A DNA stretch of 63,731 nt, the filler included, from Aduncisulcus paluster (lineage: Eukaryota), in assembly GCA_024181965.1 (NCBI GenBank). It is 6 parts of 6 records of this genome, joined end to end, with 100 filler letters (N's around TTAATTAATTAA, not from the genome) between each part and the next. Parts side by side here need not be neighbours in the genome. Positions count along the whole stretch, not along the records: positions 40,225 to 49,137 come from BQXS01009958.1; positions 49,238 to 56,803 come from BQXS01009959.1; 4 more parts are not named here. One strand, 5' to 3'. The notes beneath the pieces are model-generated. The model saw nothing but the letters and a program-made list of their open reading frames with translations. It was not told the DNA's origin and searched no databases. Positions 43,201 through 54,702 of this stretch are shown piece after piece. Numbering within the stretch: position 1 is the first letter of the stretch; the number at the start of each line of letters is the position of its first letter. Made by a program: the position numbers and the translations under genes.

Positions 43201-44607
43201 GAATCTCGAATTAACACAATATACTGTCTTTTTATAGGCTACAATGCATAACTCTCCAGCCAGAATACACACTCCTTCTAACCACATGGTTGTATCTCTT
43301 GAATATTCTTGACTTGAATATCCTTGACTTGAAAATCCTTGACTTGAATGTTGACCCCGCTCAGGTTTATCCCCAGATACAAAGCAGAGAGATGCAGGCA
43401 AAGTACACGACAATGACTGGGATTCTACAGTAGGGGCAGAAGAAGAGGAAACAGGAGCAGAGAGATGGGCAGTGGACGCTGCTCGTGTGTGTGAAAGACC
43501 TTCACAGAGGGACAACGAGAGAGAGTTCAGGGGAAGATGAGCAAAAGAAGCAATATGAAACAGAAGGGAAGAGCATGTTTCTGTAAATTCACGATCTATG
43601 CTGAATGGAAAAGAAGAAGAAGAAGAAGAAGAATCGCTAGAGTCTGCTCTTCTTCGAGAAACAAACCGAATTAACTCCCCACATAACATTGAGGATATAT
43701 ATAATCTAAAAATAGAACAAACATCAGATTTCTTGAGTCCCAAATGGGGGCAAGATACTACTCTCTCAATTTTCTTCCATATTCCGACAGATTGTTGAGA
43801 AATATAATCCTTTTTACCTGCAAATGTTCCGGAAAACCATGCAATATCGTTACATGTGACAGAATGGGAGTGGGATGTGTGTAATGAGAGTTTGTCAGAA
43901 GAAGACATATAAAATTTCTGATAAGGGGCAGATTTAGACTTTGTTGAATCAGCTTTTGGAAGACACAGCGAATATATAGGAATTGAAGAGGAAGAAGAAA
44001 CGAACGGAACCGTTCGGATAGGAACTTTCTTTTTGGGACCTATTGGAGGCTGTAAAATAAAGTTTTGGACGGTATTAGAGGCTCCACAAAGTCCAAGGAA
44101 CGCAGTTAATCCCCATAATGGTGTCTTTTGATCATGTGTCAATACGACATATTCTTGAGGCGCTGGACGAGCTAATAAATCACCAAAAAATTTTAAATGC
44201 CTAATTGTATGTGTTTTTTTGTCGAAATAAACATTTAATGTTAATACTCCTGCTTGTCTACCATCATAATATGAACCAAGTAATCGTAGTAATGAAAGGG
44301 CCGCAAAAATAGCCTTTTTCTTCAATAAATAATCACTTTCTTTTTGAGAATATGTTCTTTTGATGGGTTTATCAGTACTATTATGAGTAGGGGATTGATG
44401 AGAGAAATTATTATGCGAGATGAGATCGACAAAAGTAGATTCAAATGTTTTCTCAATATTCTTATTGGCGTATCCATTAAAACAAATTGCAACGTCTTTT
44501 CCACGTTTTGCCCTCGATATAGCCTCAAGAATGACAGCATTATTTAATTCTCCAAATATGATTGGAGTGAGTGCACAATATTCTTTTAACGATTCATATT
44601 TTCCCAT
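40225..44607 (-). CDS. Large IQ-motif protein with a candidate highly degenerate myosin-like head; 3' truncated
   Basis: ORF of more than 1450 aa from ATG 44607. IQ motifs ASQLIQRVWRS and AAKNIQRVWRGHCVRR. Myosin-ordered remnant motifs in the N-terminal half and an FKPSINPMS tail motif. The ORF is certain; the myosin call is tentative. Confidence 0.6.
41498..42130. repeat. 312-bp in-frame tandem duplication (104 aa) inside the CDS
   Basis: 41498-41809 is repeated at 41810-42121. TCTATTCTT occurs at all three boundaries and there is no N gap. Confidence 0.92.
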
Positions 44608-44899
44608 ATTAAATCGTGACACGTAAATATATAATCTTGTAAAAATTTATATCGAGAGAAAAACAAATTTTGTTGGCCATGGGTGATACAAGTTATTAAA
44701 TTTACCATATCATTTGAAAATGCTTTTAATATTGTGAAATAATGCACTAACTCCAAAGATCTTTTATTATTTTACAGAAAACGGCAAAAGACCAAAACGA
44801 AAAATAATCGAAAAAAAAAAAAAAAAAGATATCAATCCAAAACATTAAAGATAACATGCTATATAACATATCTTCAATACATATAAGATCAAAGTCTCA

Positions 44900-45685
44900 T
44901 TAAAAGTGGCTGTCAGTCATCATTCCAGAAATTTCAGCCTCATCGCTCTTCTTCTTTTCCATGGCAACATATCTTTCCAATTCCTCAAAGAATTCTTTCT
45001 TTTCGTGCAAGATACGATATACTTGTCCGACATAATCATAGTAAGCTCTGTACATGGCAACAACAGGAGGGAGAGTTCTTGTGGACACTCCAGTCTCGTA
45101 TTTGGTGACCATTTCCTTGTAGGATGATTGCATCTTCATGTACTCATCGTGAATACGGGAATACTCAATGTCGACAGTGGCCAATTTGGCAGCAGAGGCT
45201 CTGTCTCCCTTGTCGAGGAGCTGTTTCCTTTCGTGAACGATAGCATCATGTTCATACCGTAAAGTATTGTATTTGTGCTTGAACTTCAAAATTTGATCTT
45301 GGTTAGCCTTCAAAGAGGTCATAGGGGGAGCAATATCTTTGGCAACAATATCAGCAAATTCAGCACGGTATCCCTCAATCTCTTCTTGCATTTCGGCAAG
45401 ACTAACGAGTCCAGAACAGAATCTATCCTTTCCTTCAACAGAAGAGAAGCGTTCTTTCAATCCACGCATACCATCAGCAAGATTCTTACAGGCAGCACTA
45501 GTTGATTTCTCTTGGATTCCAAGACCTTCAACAGACTCGGAAACCTTCTCAAAAGCTGTTCCAATTGAACGATATCTGTCAACATATTTCCGAAATTCAG
45601 GATCTTCTTCAACCTTACGTTGTTTTCCAAACTTTTGCAAAGTGGCTTGTTTAGCAATGCGGAAACTTTTCTTAATGGAGTCCAT
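44900..45685 (-). CDS. BAR-domain protein (N-BAR/arfaptin-like)
   Basis: KKSFRIAKQATLQKFG...EDPEF amphipathic start and three long helices, including KYNTLRYEHDA. Confidence 0.75.
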   Translation of the reverse strand: MDSIKKSFRIAKQATLQKFGKQRKVEEDPEFRKYVDRYRSIGTAFEKVSESVEGLGIQEKSTSAACKNLADGMRGLKERFSSVEGKDRFCSGLVSLAEMQEEIEGYRAEFADIVAKDIAPPMTSLKANQDQILKFKHKYNTLRYEHDAIVHERKQLLDKGDRASAAKLATVDIEYSRIHDEYMKMQSSYKEMVTKYETGVSTRTLPPVVAMYRAYYDYVGQVYRILHEKKEFFEELERYVAMEKKKSDEAEISGMMTDSHF

Positions 45686-45909
45686 TATTAAAAAAAGCCA
45701 AAACTCAATGTAAAAAGAATGTGTGTCAAGGAAAAAACTATCTGCGAGTCGGCAAAATCCGACGTCTTAAATATTACATGTTTGTCACATTATGACACAT
45801 ATTTATTTATTTCTATAAATTTTTTCTTTTTTTTATTGATCATACCACACAGAAAACTGTCAACGCGTTTTTTTTTCAAGTTCTTTCGTAAATATGGATT
45901 CTTGAATAG

Positions 45910-47106
45910 ATGAGTCACTACGAGTCTCAAAAATCCGATATTGAATGGGAATGGGATGAAAAAAGAGCCCGTGTAACTCATGAAATGACTCGTTTAAAGC
46001 AACTAATTGCTGCTGCTGAAAAAAGAGCTGATGATGCTGAAAAAATGAAGCAAATTGCTATAGAAGAAGCCAAAAAAGCAATTGCTGATGCAGTAGCAAC
46101 AAAAACTGCTGCTAAAGAAGTGATGGAACAAGCTGAAAAGATTCGTGATGAGGCTTCCCGGCAAATTCCCGTTACTGTTCCAAATGTGCAAAAAGAACGT
46201 GAATTAGAGAGCAAATTACAACAATATATGGGTGCTTTACTTTCATTAAAAGAACAGTTTAAGCAGCAAACAGATAGTTGTCTTCAATGGAAGAAACAAG
46301 CTGAAAAAGAAACTAAGAAGAGGATAGAGCTTGAGTGTCGAGCTGATGAACTTAATTCTGATCTTGAAAAGACTCAAGATAAGCTCAAAGTTGCTGAAGA
46401 TAGAATTGTTGAGCTTGAAGCCGAACTCCTTATTATTATAAACAAAGATATGAAATCATTAAGTGACAGTATTACTATTATTCAAAAAGATTATTTGGAA
46501 AGTGTTGAAGCCAACAAAGTCATCTCTGGAAAGAAAGAAACTGTGGAAAAGGAACTTTTTGATGAAAGAGAAAAGTTGAAAGAAGAAAAACATATTCGGT
46601 CTTCAATAGAGGAACGATTTGAGGGACAAAAAGAAATTATTATTGAAAAAGAAACACAAATTGAAGATCTTTCTGAAAAAATGGAGGATCTATCCCATTC
46701 TCTCGAAGAATTGACATTACAAAATAAGTCATACCAAAATGAATTAAAAACACTCAAAGAACATATTCAAAAGAGCGAATTAGAATCAGAAGAAACCATT
46801 CGCAGTTCAAAAATCTTTCAAGAACAAGTATCTCAACTAAAAGCCATCATTGATTCAAAAGAAGCTGATATGGTGTCTCTGCGGGTAGAATTACAAAAAC
46901 AAAAACAGGAAAAGGATGGGTTAGAGTCCAAAATGTCGCAACATCTTCAAAAAGTCATCGAGGAGATGAAGATTCAATGTCGAGATGATGCTGTGAAGAA
47001 AAGAAAAGAATTCGACGATCAACAGAAAGAATTAGAAAGAAGACTCGAAAGAATCCTTTGTGAACACGCAGATCTTCACTTTGAAAGTGTTTCTGAACAC
47101 AAATAG
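45910..47106 (+). CDS. Long coiled-coil protein of unknown function
   Basis: 398 aa, E/K/Q/L-rich heptads throughout. Confidence 0.75.
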   Translation: MSHYESQKSDIEWEWDEKRARVTHEMTRLKQLIAAAEKRADDAEKMKQIAIEEAKKAIADAVATKTAAKEVMEQAEKIRDEASRQIPVTVPNVQKERELESKLQQYMGALLSLKEQFKQQTDSCLQWKKQAEKETKKRIELECRADELNSDLEKTQDKLKVAEDRIVELEAELLIIINKDMKSLSDSITIIQKDYLESVEANKVISGKKETVEKELFDEREKLKEEKHIRSSIEERFEGQKEIIIEKETQIEDLSEKMEDLSHSLEELTLQNKSYQNELKTLKEHIQKSELESEETIRSSKIFQEQVSQLKAIIDSKEADMVSLRVELQKQKQEKDGLESKMSQHLQKVIEEMKIQCRDDAVKKRKEFDDQQKELERRLERILCEHADLHFESVSEHK

Positions 47107-47707
47107 TGTCAAATTTAATTTATTACAATAATCATTTTTTCAATCTGACAATTTATTGGGTCGTTCAAATATTTTTAGTTATCTAGCACATTTTTTTATA
47201 TCATACTTATCACAACAATGACCCCCACCCCGATCAAATTTCCTCTTGATTTGATTTTCTCCAGTTCGACATTTCATCTCAATATTGGGAAAGATTAAAG
47301 AGGAAAAACGTGTCATATTTTGAAATAACATTAATATTTAGATATATATTCAATGTTATGAAAGTGACAACTTTGCAATCCCACCACATATTAAATAAAA
47401 TGTTCTACATCAATTATATAGTAGAATTGGTTATAATATGAGGAAGAATGATATTTATATAATTTTAATGTGATATATAAGGGGTTTTGATATGTCAATA
47501 TGGAAGCAAAAAGAAGAATTCGACAAATCACGGTCATATCATGAGTCTAGAGCAATTTAGAAAAATAAAGAAGTTTAAGATTAAGATATAATATTTTATC
47601 AGCGGGAATTAAGAGCTCAATATTTGTCATAACCTGGTTCCGAGGAGTTTGTTCTATTTTGGTTGCAATTCAAGGATAAGAGTATTTATTTTGATCAACA
47701 AGTTAAT

Positions 47708-49137
47708 ATGGAAGATGATTGTTGCTATAAAATGGTGTTTGTTGGATTTGGGGGCTGTGGAAAAACATCTTTAATTCAAAGGATTGTAAAAGATGAATTT
47801 TACGCGGGAAATCTATCAACAATTGGTGCAAAATTTTATGCAAAAACTGTAAATATTCACGGAAAAGTTGCAAAATTCGAAATATGGGATGTCTCAGGAC
47901 AGCGAAAATACACTTCACTAACCCAAATGTACATTCTAGATGCAAACGCAGTAATAATAGTATTTGATACCACTTTTTCTCATTCTTCTTTGAGCGATGC
48001 AAAGGAAATGTTTAATATTATTTTGAAGGTGGCAAGAAAAAACTGTATCATATCATTTGTTGGAAGCAAAATAGATGTTGAAGCTCGAAAAGTTGTTGAT
48101 CGATCCACTATTGAGACATTTGCAAATGCCAATGAAAGTTTATATTTTGAAACAAGTGCAAAAACTGGAGAAGGTGTTAAGGAAATGTTTTCTATAGTTA
48201 CTGAGAAATGTGTTATGAATAGAAAACGAACGGTCCTCTCTGATCCCTCAGAAAAGTATTTTGCACCCTTTCTTGATGAGTATCCTCTTTGTGATATTGA
48301 AACCTCTCGAGTTAAATCGACAGAAGGATATAGCCAGAGCAAATTAGTGAAGTTCTTTCAGGGCAAGACAAGTTTGTCATTAACTCCTGATACGGGAGAT
48401 GTTAATCTACGAATTCCTTTTAAAGAACCACATATTATCAGCCATTTCTATATAAGTAGTCAGAATATTCCAAGTGGGATAAAGAGGTTCAAAATGCATT
48501 TTACAACTGTTGAAAAAAAGTTGTATGTTAAAGAATTTTCTGTATCTTCTGATATTCCTTTTGATCATTACTTCTGGGAAAAGTTCATTGTTGAAATATC
48601 TGTTCCAATTATAGCTTGTTATCTTGAAGTCCTCTCTCCAGATGAAGATGATAAACAACCAAAAGTGCACTTGCATGCCATTCGATTTGTTATCGATAAG
48701 GAAATGGAGAAGCTGAAAGCTGAAGAGAAACTTGCTAAGATTGAGAAACTTCGGCTTAAAGGTGAAGCCAGACGAGCTGCAGAAGTGAAAGAAGAGCGAC
48801 GAGTTGAGATCAATGAATTGTTGAGTGATTTCATCTCTTCCACCAAACAGACTCTGAGTGCTTTGAGAGATGATCTTGATGCAACAAAGAAAGAATTATC
48901 GCACACAAAGGCTGAGCTTGAGGCCGAGAAGACACTTCGAATTCAAGAGAACGAAGAGTTTGAGAAGCAGCTTGAGTTGAAACAAGCCCAGATGGACTCT
49001 TTGTCAAGGGAACTGTCGATGCATCAACAAACGTCTGAGACGAAACGATTGATTCTTTCCCGTGACATTCGATCTCTGCAACGTGAGCTGTTATGTGTCT
49101 CTGCTCGTGTGTCTGGACAACCTTCAATATGTTCATC
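47708..49137 (+). CDS. Rab-like GTPase fused to a beta-rich domain and a coiled coil; 3' truncated
   Basis: G1 GFGGCGKT, G2 STIGAKF, G3 WDVSGQ, G4 SKID, G5 ETSAK, followed by about 300 extra residues. ATG at 47708. Confidence 0.88.
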
Positions 49138-49237
49138 NNNNNNNNNNNNNNNNNNNNNNNNNNNNNNNNNNNNNNNNNNNNTTAATTAATTAANNNNNNN
49201 NNNNNNNNNNNNNNNNNNNNNNNNNNNNNNNNNNNNN
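49138..49237. other. Artificial contig spacer
   Basis: N44-TTAATTAATTAA-N44. Confidence 0.98.
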
Positions 49238-49488
49238 CCTCTACAAAAAATATCTTCCAAAGTAGGGACAGAAGTATCGACATTACCAAGGAATAAAATA
49301 AGTATTAATAAAAGGAAAAAAAATATAGTACCTGCAATAATAAGGCCAGTAATATGTTTTTTGGACCATTCTCTGCATTTCCAACAGCAGGAAACATCAT
49401 CCGGCTTGGAGGGGGGTTCCATAATATCCAAATCATCTTGAAGGGGAACGAATTCCCCAGAACCTGCTTCAAAAGTTGAATCTGTCAT
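49238..49488 (-). CDS. N-terminus of a single-pass membrane protein (truncated)
   Basis: ATG 49488, acidic cytosolic stretch, Cys cluster and one hydrophobic helix; the frame runs into the spacer. Confidence 0.65.
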
Positions 49489-49861
49489 GGAAGAAATAGA
49501 AAATAATTTGTGTATTGTCAGGAAATTGGATTTGTTCTTTTCAAAGGCTCAAAGTTAGTGATACAAACTATTGGAGCAAAATTTTGGGGCTTAAAGTGTA
49601 TGACATTGAGGGATATTATAGTTTTGAAATCTTTCTATCCTTTTTGGTCTGCCATGATCTCAGGAGTTTTGTGACTAATCCACTTGAGTCGGCAAACAAG
49701 GGAAATTTCAAAAAAGAACATAAATTACCTATCACAATTGTACTAATTAAAAACATTGTTGAATTTGAAATTTTGTGATTTTTTTTGAGAAAGAATCATT
49801 TCAATTGATCGATGTCCCTTTGTTTTCTTGGTTGCCAGAGTATAATACATAACACCATAAT

Positions 49862-51567
49862 ATGACCTGGGTTGATATTGCTAAACCCCTTGTTAAAATT
49901 TTCCCCGAAGTTGCTAAACCTATCGCTCCCACTGTTCCTCTTCGTGAAAGAGTTTTCTGGAGTATTGTTGCACTTCTCATATATTTGGTCGCCTCCCAGA
50001 TTCCCCTTTATGGTATTCGCCCCACTAATACTGATCTTTTTCCATATCTTCGTGTCATGTTCGCTAGTAATCGTGGAACTTTAATGGAGCTAGGTATTGG
50101 TCCTACTATGACCGCTGGACTTATCCTCCAATTCCTCACTTCTGCTGGTTTCTTCCGTTACAACGAAAATGACCCAACTGAACGTGCTGTCTACCAAGGT
50201 CTCCAAAAACTCTTCGGTATCGTTATGACCCTTGTTCAAGCTATGATTTACGTATTCTCTGGATCCTACGGACCTGTTGCTGACCTTGGTCTTTTCCATG
50301 CCCTCATTATCATCCTTCANNNNNNNNNNNNNNNNNNNNTGGAACTTTAATGGAGCTAGGTATTGGTCCTACTATGACCGCTGGACTTATCCTCCAATTC
50401 CTCACTTCTGCTGGTTTCTTCCGTTACAACGAAAATGCCCCAACTGAACGTGCTGTCTACCAAGGTCTCCAAAAACTCTTCGGTATCGTTATGACCCTTG
50501 TTCAAGCTATGATTTACGTATTCTCTGGATCCTACGGACCTGTTGCTGACCTTGGTCTTTTCCATGCCCTCATTATCATCCTTCAACTTGTTGCCGCTTC
50601 TGTTTTAGTGTCTCTTCTTGATGACATTTTCCAGAAAGGTTGGGGTATTGGTCAAGGACAATCTCTCTTCATCGCCACAAACACCTGTGAAGCCATCATT
50701 TCCCGTGCTTTCTCCTTCAAGTATGAGGATGGAACTGAGCGTGGTAGAGAATTCCACGGAGCCTTCATTGCTCTCTTCCATGGACTTTTCTTCAAGGACG
50801 ACAAACTCCTTGCTGTCCGTGAGGCCTTCTTGCGTAATCATCTTCCAAACATCCTGAATATTGTTGCTACTGTGATTATTTTCTTCACTGTTATCTTCGT
50901 CCAAGGTCTCCAATGTAAGATTGCTGTATCTCGTAAGAACATTAAGACTGCTCCTATTCCTTACCCAATCAAGCTTCTCTACACCTCAAACACTCCTGTG
51001 ATGCTCCAGAGTGCCCTTACCTCCAACTTCTTCATGATCTCCCAACTCGTCTTCAAGAAGGTTGGAACCAACATTATCACCCGTATTCTTGGAACATGGG
51101 ACCTTACCTCTGGAAAGCAGGGTGCCCCTGAGGGTGGTCTTGCCTTCTACATTTCCCCTCCCACCCATTTGATCCAACTCTTCACTGACGGCTCTGTTCC
51201 CATCTACAAGGTCATCATCAGGCTTGTTGGATACTCTGCCTTTACCATTGGTACTTGCGGTGCCTTCTCTTACTTGTGGATGAAACTTTCTCACATTACG
51301 ACCAAGGATGTCTACGCTAAACTCCAACACCAGCAATTGCACCTCAAGGGATACCGTGACGAAGCTGCCAAGAAATTCCTTAACCGTTACATCCCTACTT
51401 CTGCCGTTGTTGGTGGTCTTGTTGTTGGTGGTTTGACTGTCTTCTCTGAGCTTTTGGGTGCCGTTGGAAGTGGAACTGGTATTCTCCTTGCTGTAGGAAC
51501 TCTTTATACCCTCTATGAAGAGATCACAAAGCAACAAAAGGAAGATCAGGAGAAGAAATTCCACTAA
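49862..51567 (+). CDS. SEC61A: Sec61 alpha translocon subunit (one gene split by a gap-overlap artefact)
   Basis: SQIPLYGI, ASNRGTLMELGIGP, KGWGIG..SLFIATN.CE, YPIKLLYTSNTP, GSGTGILLAV. 50074-50319 is duplicated at 50340-50585 across 20 N. Confidence 0.96.
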
Positions 51568-51788
51568 TCATAAAAATAAATTAATTGTTTAGATGAATGG
51601 AAATCTGCAGATAAACAGCGTTTAATTATTGACGGTAGGCCCTCTATTAATGAAATGGGTTTTAGTATTAAATAAAATGGATAGAAATCACAATTTTGAT
51701 GAACTTGATCAACATGATTTTCCAATTTATTTCCAACTCCATTTTAGTCAATACCAAGAATTGCTATTTTGCCAACAATAGTAACATT

Positions 51789-52709
51789 ATGAGAGGTTTC
51801 AACTTTGGAATTTATTTTACCTTAGCTCTGCTATTATTATTTGGCATTGTTTTTGCCGCTGAAGAAGTCATATTTGAAGAGAAACAAGAAAGTAGAGAAA
51901 ACAATGTTTTCTTGTTTGTGAAGCATAATATTCAGAAATGTGAGGATAGTATTAAGACATTCAATAACGTTGAAGCTAAATATGAGGGAGATGTTCATTT
52001 TTACATTGTGAATCTCGAGGCTGAAAAGAACGTTGAACTCGAAGCTTCTGAGTTCTTTGCCGATGAAAAACTCCCAGTTATTTTTGCTCTCAATCCTACT
52101 GAAAGTATTGAACAGTTTTTCGGTGATTCTACCAACGAAGAACATGTTTTAGATTTCGTCACCACTAAGTTTTCTGCTGCCGACAAATCCGTCTCCAGAA
52201 AAGTTAGTTCTGTTGATGAAATCCATGATATTATGAAACTTGAAAGCATGCCTGTTTTTGTCAACGTTAACTTGACTCAAGGATGCTCCCGTTGTGGTGC
52301 TTTCTCTTCAATATTCCACAAAGCTGCCAAGAACACTTCCATCCCTGTCGTGTGGGCAGAGATTGAATGTGAATCTCTGGATTCCCCCAAGTGTGCAGGA
52401 CTAGACATTGATGCTGTTCCTGGTGCTGTTCTTTTCCTTGATAACGGAAGACAGCTCCCATACCACGGTATCAATGTGAGCGTTATGAGAGGTTGGATCG
52501 CTGAAAGAATCGTTAAACAGGACGATGAGGAGAGAGAATACAACGATAAAAAGGCTCGTGAAGTTGAATGGCCTCCCATTGGAGCTGTTCCACATGTTGC
52601 CACAAGAATCCGTGTTGAACAACTCGAAAGGGAAATATTGAACTTGAAAAAGACTGTTTTGGAAATGTATGAAATCATTCAGAAGATGGGCGCTAAGAAT
52701 GATCTCTAA
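51789..52709 (+). CDS. ER thioredoxin-fold (PDI-like) protein
   Basis: Signal peptide from ATG 51789, two Trx-like domains (CSRC in the second, with a cis-Pro-like AVPG), a short coiled coil and C-terminal KNDL. Confidence 0.75.
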   Translation: MRGFNFGIYFTLALLLLFGIVFAAEEVIFEEKQESRENNVFLFVKHNIQKCEDSIKTFNNVEAKYEGDVHFYIVNLEAEKNVELEASEFFADEKLPVIFALNPTESIEQFFGDSTNEEHVLDFVTTKFSAADKSVSRKVSSVDEIHDIMKLESMPVFVNVNLTQGCSRCGAFSSIFHKAAKNTSIPVVWAEIECESLDSPKCAGLDIDAVPGAVLFLDNGRQLPYHGINVSVMRGWIAERIVKQDDEEREYNDKKAREVEWPPIGAVPHVATRIRVEQLEREILNLKKTVLEMYEIIQKMGAKNDL

Positions 52710-53012
52710 ATAGTCACGTATTAACATATTAATAAATCAATTGGCTTATCCAATATTAACAAGCAATTTTAATGATTTCAATATTTTTCACAATAGTTAA
52801 AAGCTCAAATATCTGTAAAATACCGAATAAATAAGCTGTATTAAAACGATTTCAGTATGAAAAATGAAAGATAGCTTTTCCTCGTTTAATTAACTTCATC
52901 AAGAAATTTAAGTATGTAATTATCATTATTTTGAAACATTATTTTGCATTATACGATATTGCTCATCTTTTTTAATGCTTATTTTGTCTTATAGAGAAAT
53001 TTATTCTAATTT

Positions 53013-54632
53013 ATGTCACCCCAATCATTTTCAAGCATTACTATTAATGGAACGAATTATTTATTATATGTTAAAGAGAATCCCAATGGTATAATTGTTG
53101 CACTTGATGATCCCTTGACTGCACAGCATTGGTATAGAAACTGTTCATGCCAGGATATTGAAGACTTGGTGAAAGGAACAGTTTGGAAACCAACGTTTAG
53201 TAAGTTCTGCGAGATGTTTTTTGATGCTATTTCTGGAGAAAAAAGTGAAGTTTCCCTGGATTGTAAAAGCATGGATTTTCAGTCAATTACATCTCTTGAA
53301 TCTGCGAGAGAAATCGATTCCCAAGCCTCATCAAAGGATTCATTGGCCGTGATATATGTTATTCTTTCCTTTCATACTGAATATATCAAAGCTCACTATC
53401 CTATACGATTGAATAAGTCTGATCCTTCCCCAGATTTCATGCGAGAGTTCGTTCAATACACGAGATCTTTGAAAGATGATGAAATACGACAGAAGAATAG
53501 TGAACTTCGAAAGAAAGATGCCCAGATATTATCGCTAAGAAGAGAGCTTGATTCCATAGTCGATCAAATGGCTTCTATACGTCATTTCGAAGGGGAAGAT
53601 GCATTTAAACGGCATAATGAGGGGTCAATGCATATGGAATCAAGCCAATCTCTGCATTCTTATAGACATTCGACACGTCAGGAATATTCTGAATTAGAAA
53701 AGAAATATTTAAAGATAAAAAAGGAGAACGGTTCCCTAAAGGACAAACTCAATGAAGCAAATAGACAAATATCATCCCATAAACAAGAAATATCCAAACT
53801 TCGACTCGCTCTTGCCTCTTCCTCTTCTTCTTCTTCTTCTTCTTCTTCTTCTCGAGACCGGATGGGAAGGAAAGACCGGACATCATCAAGCCTTCGTAAG
53901 AGGCGTTCAGTGTCAGCTGGCACGCGGAGAAGTGTGAGTCGCGATAGAGCTTATTCTCCCCGCCCTCGATTTGATCCCACGGAGTACACACGGAAGAAGA
54001 AACAGAGAGAAGCTGAGGCAAAACAAAGACGTGAGTCAAAGCATTCGTTCAATCCACATTACTCCAACTCTTCACCCATTCGCGGGAGCTCCATGTCTCC
54101 AAGGAGGAGAAGAAGTCCGTCGCCAAACATCATACACCGACATCCGGCCATATCAAGAAGGGGAATGAGGACAGCCAAGAGAGATTATGCACCCTCAGAG
54201 CATTCTACAACATCTTCTTTCCCTTCTTCCCATTTCCACGAGCATGGATCATACCGAGCTCCTCCGCAGCCTTATGGTCGATCCCCTTCGCCTCAACGCG
54301 ACACGAGACCTTCCTTAACCAAACAACGAGAGTTTTCATTCGATAGACGGCCTCGTTCTTCAAGATCACCTTCGCCGGCAAATGATAAAGAAAGAAAGAG
54401 GAGACAAAATGTCACAACCGGGAAAAAACATTCAATCGTTCCAAGGAAAAAGAAATATTTGACTGAAGATACCCATTCAAAGGATTTACGGGATGAAATG
54501 GATCATACCAGATATGTAGATACGACTCAAACAAAAGGGTCTCATCGAGCTATATCTGAGAAATCAAGCTCCACTTCAGACATGCTGAAAAAGCTTGGAA
54601 ATATGATATGTGATGCACTTGAAGATAAATGA
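53013..54632 (+). CDS. CCDC61: CCDC61/VFL3 basal body protein
   Basis: SAS6/XRCC4-like head (W...IEDL...FSKFCEM..DAI...SEVSLD...YVILSF..E..KAHYPIRL), coiled coil, RPRFDPTEY motif and Arg/Ser-rich tail. Confidence 0.82.
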   Translation: MSPQSFSSITINGTNYLLYVKENPNGIIVALDDPLTAQHWYRNCSCQDIEDLVKGTVWKPTFSKFCEMFFDAISGEKSEVSLDCKSMDFQSITSLESAREIDSQASSKDSLAVIYVILSFHTEYIKAHYPIRLNKSDPSPDFMREFVQYTRSLKDDEIRQKNSELRKKDAQILSLRRELDSIVDQMASIRHFEGEDAFKRHNEGSMHMESSQSLHSYRHSTRQEYSELEKKYLKIKKENGSLKDKLNEANRQISSHKQEISKLRLALASSSSSSSSSSSSRDRMGRKDRTSSSLRKRRSVSAGTRRSVSRDRAYSPRPRFDPTEYTRKKKQREAEAKQRRESKHSFNPHYSNSSPIRGSSMSPRRRRSPSPNIIHRHPAISRRGMRTAKRDYAPSEHSTTSSFPSSHFHEHGSYRAPPQPYGRSPSPQRDTRPSLTKQREFSFDRRPRSSRSPSPANDKERKRRQNVTTGKKHSIVPRKKKYLTEDTHSKDLRDEMDHTRYVDTTQTKGSHRAISEKSSSTSDMLKKLGNMICDALEDK

Positions 54633-54702
54633 GAATAGGTATATGGTAATTGTAGAAATAATATTTATCTTGATCCCTTTTAATTGTCATTTTCTTTTAT
54701 TC

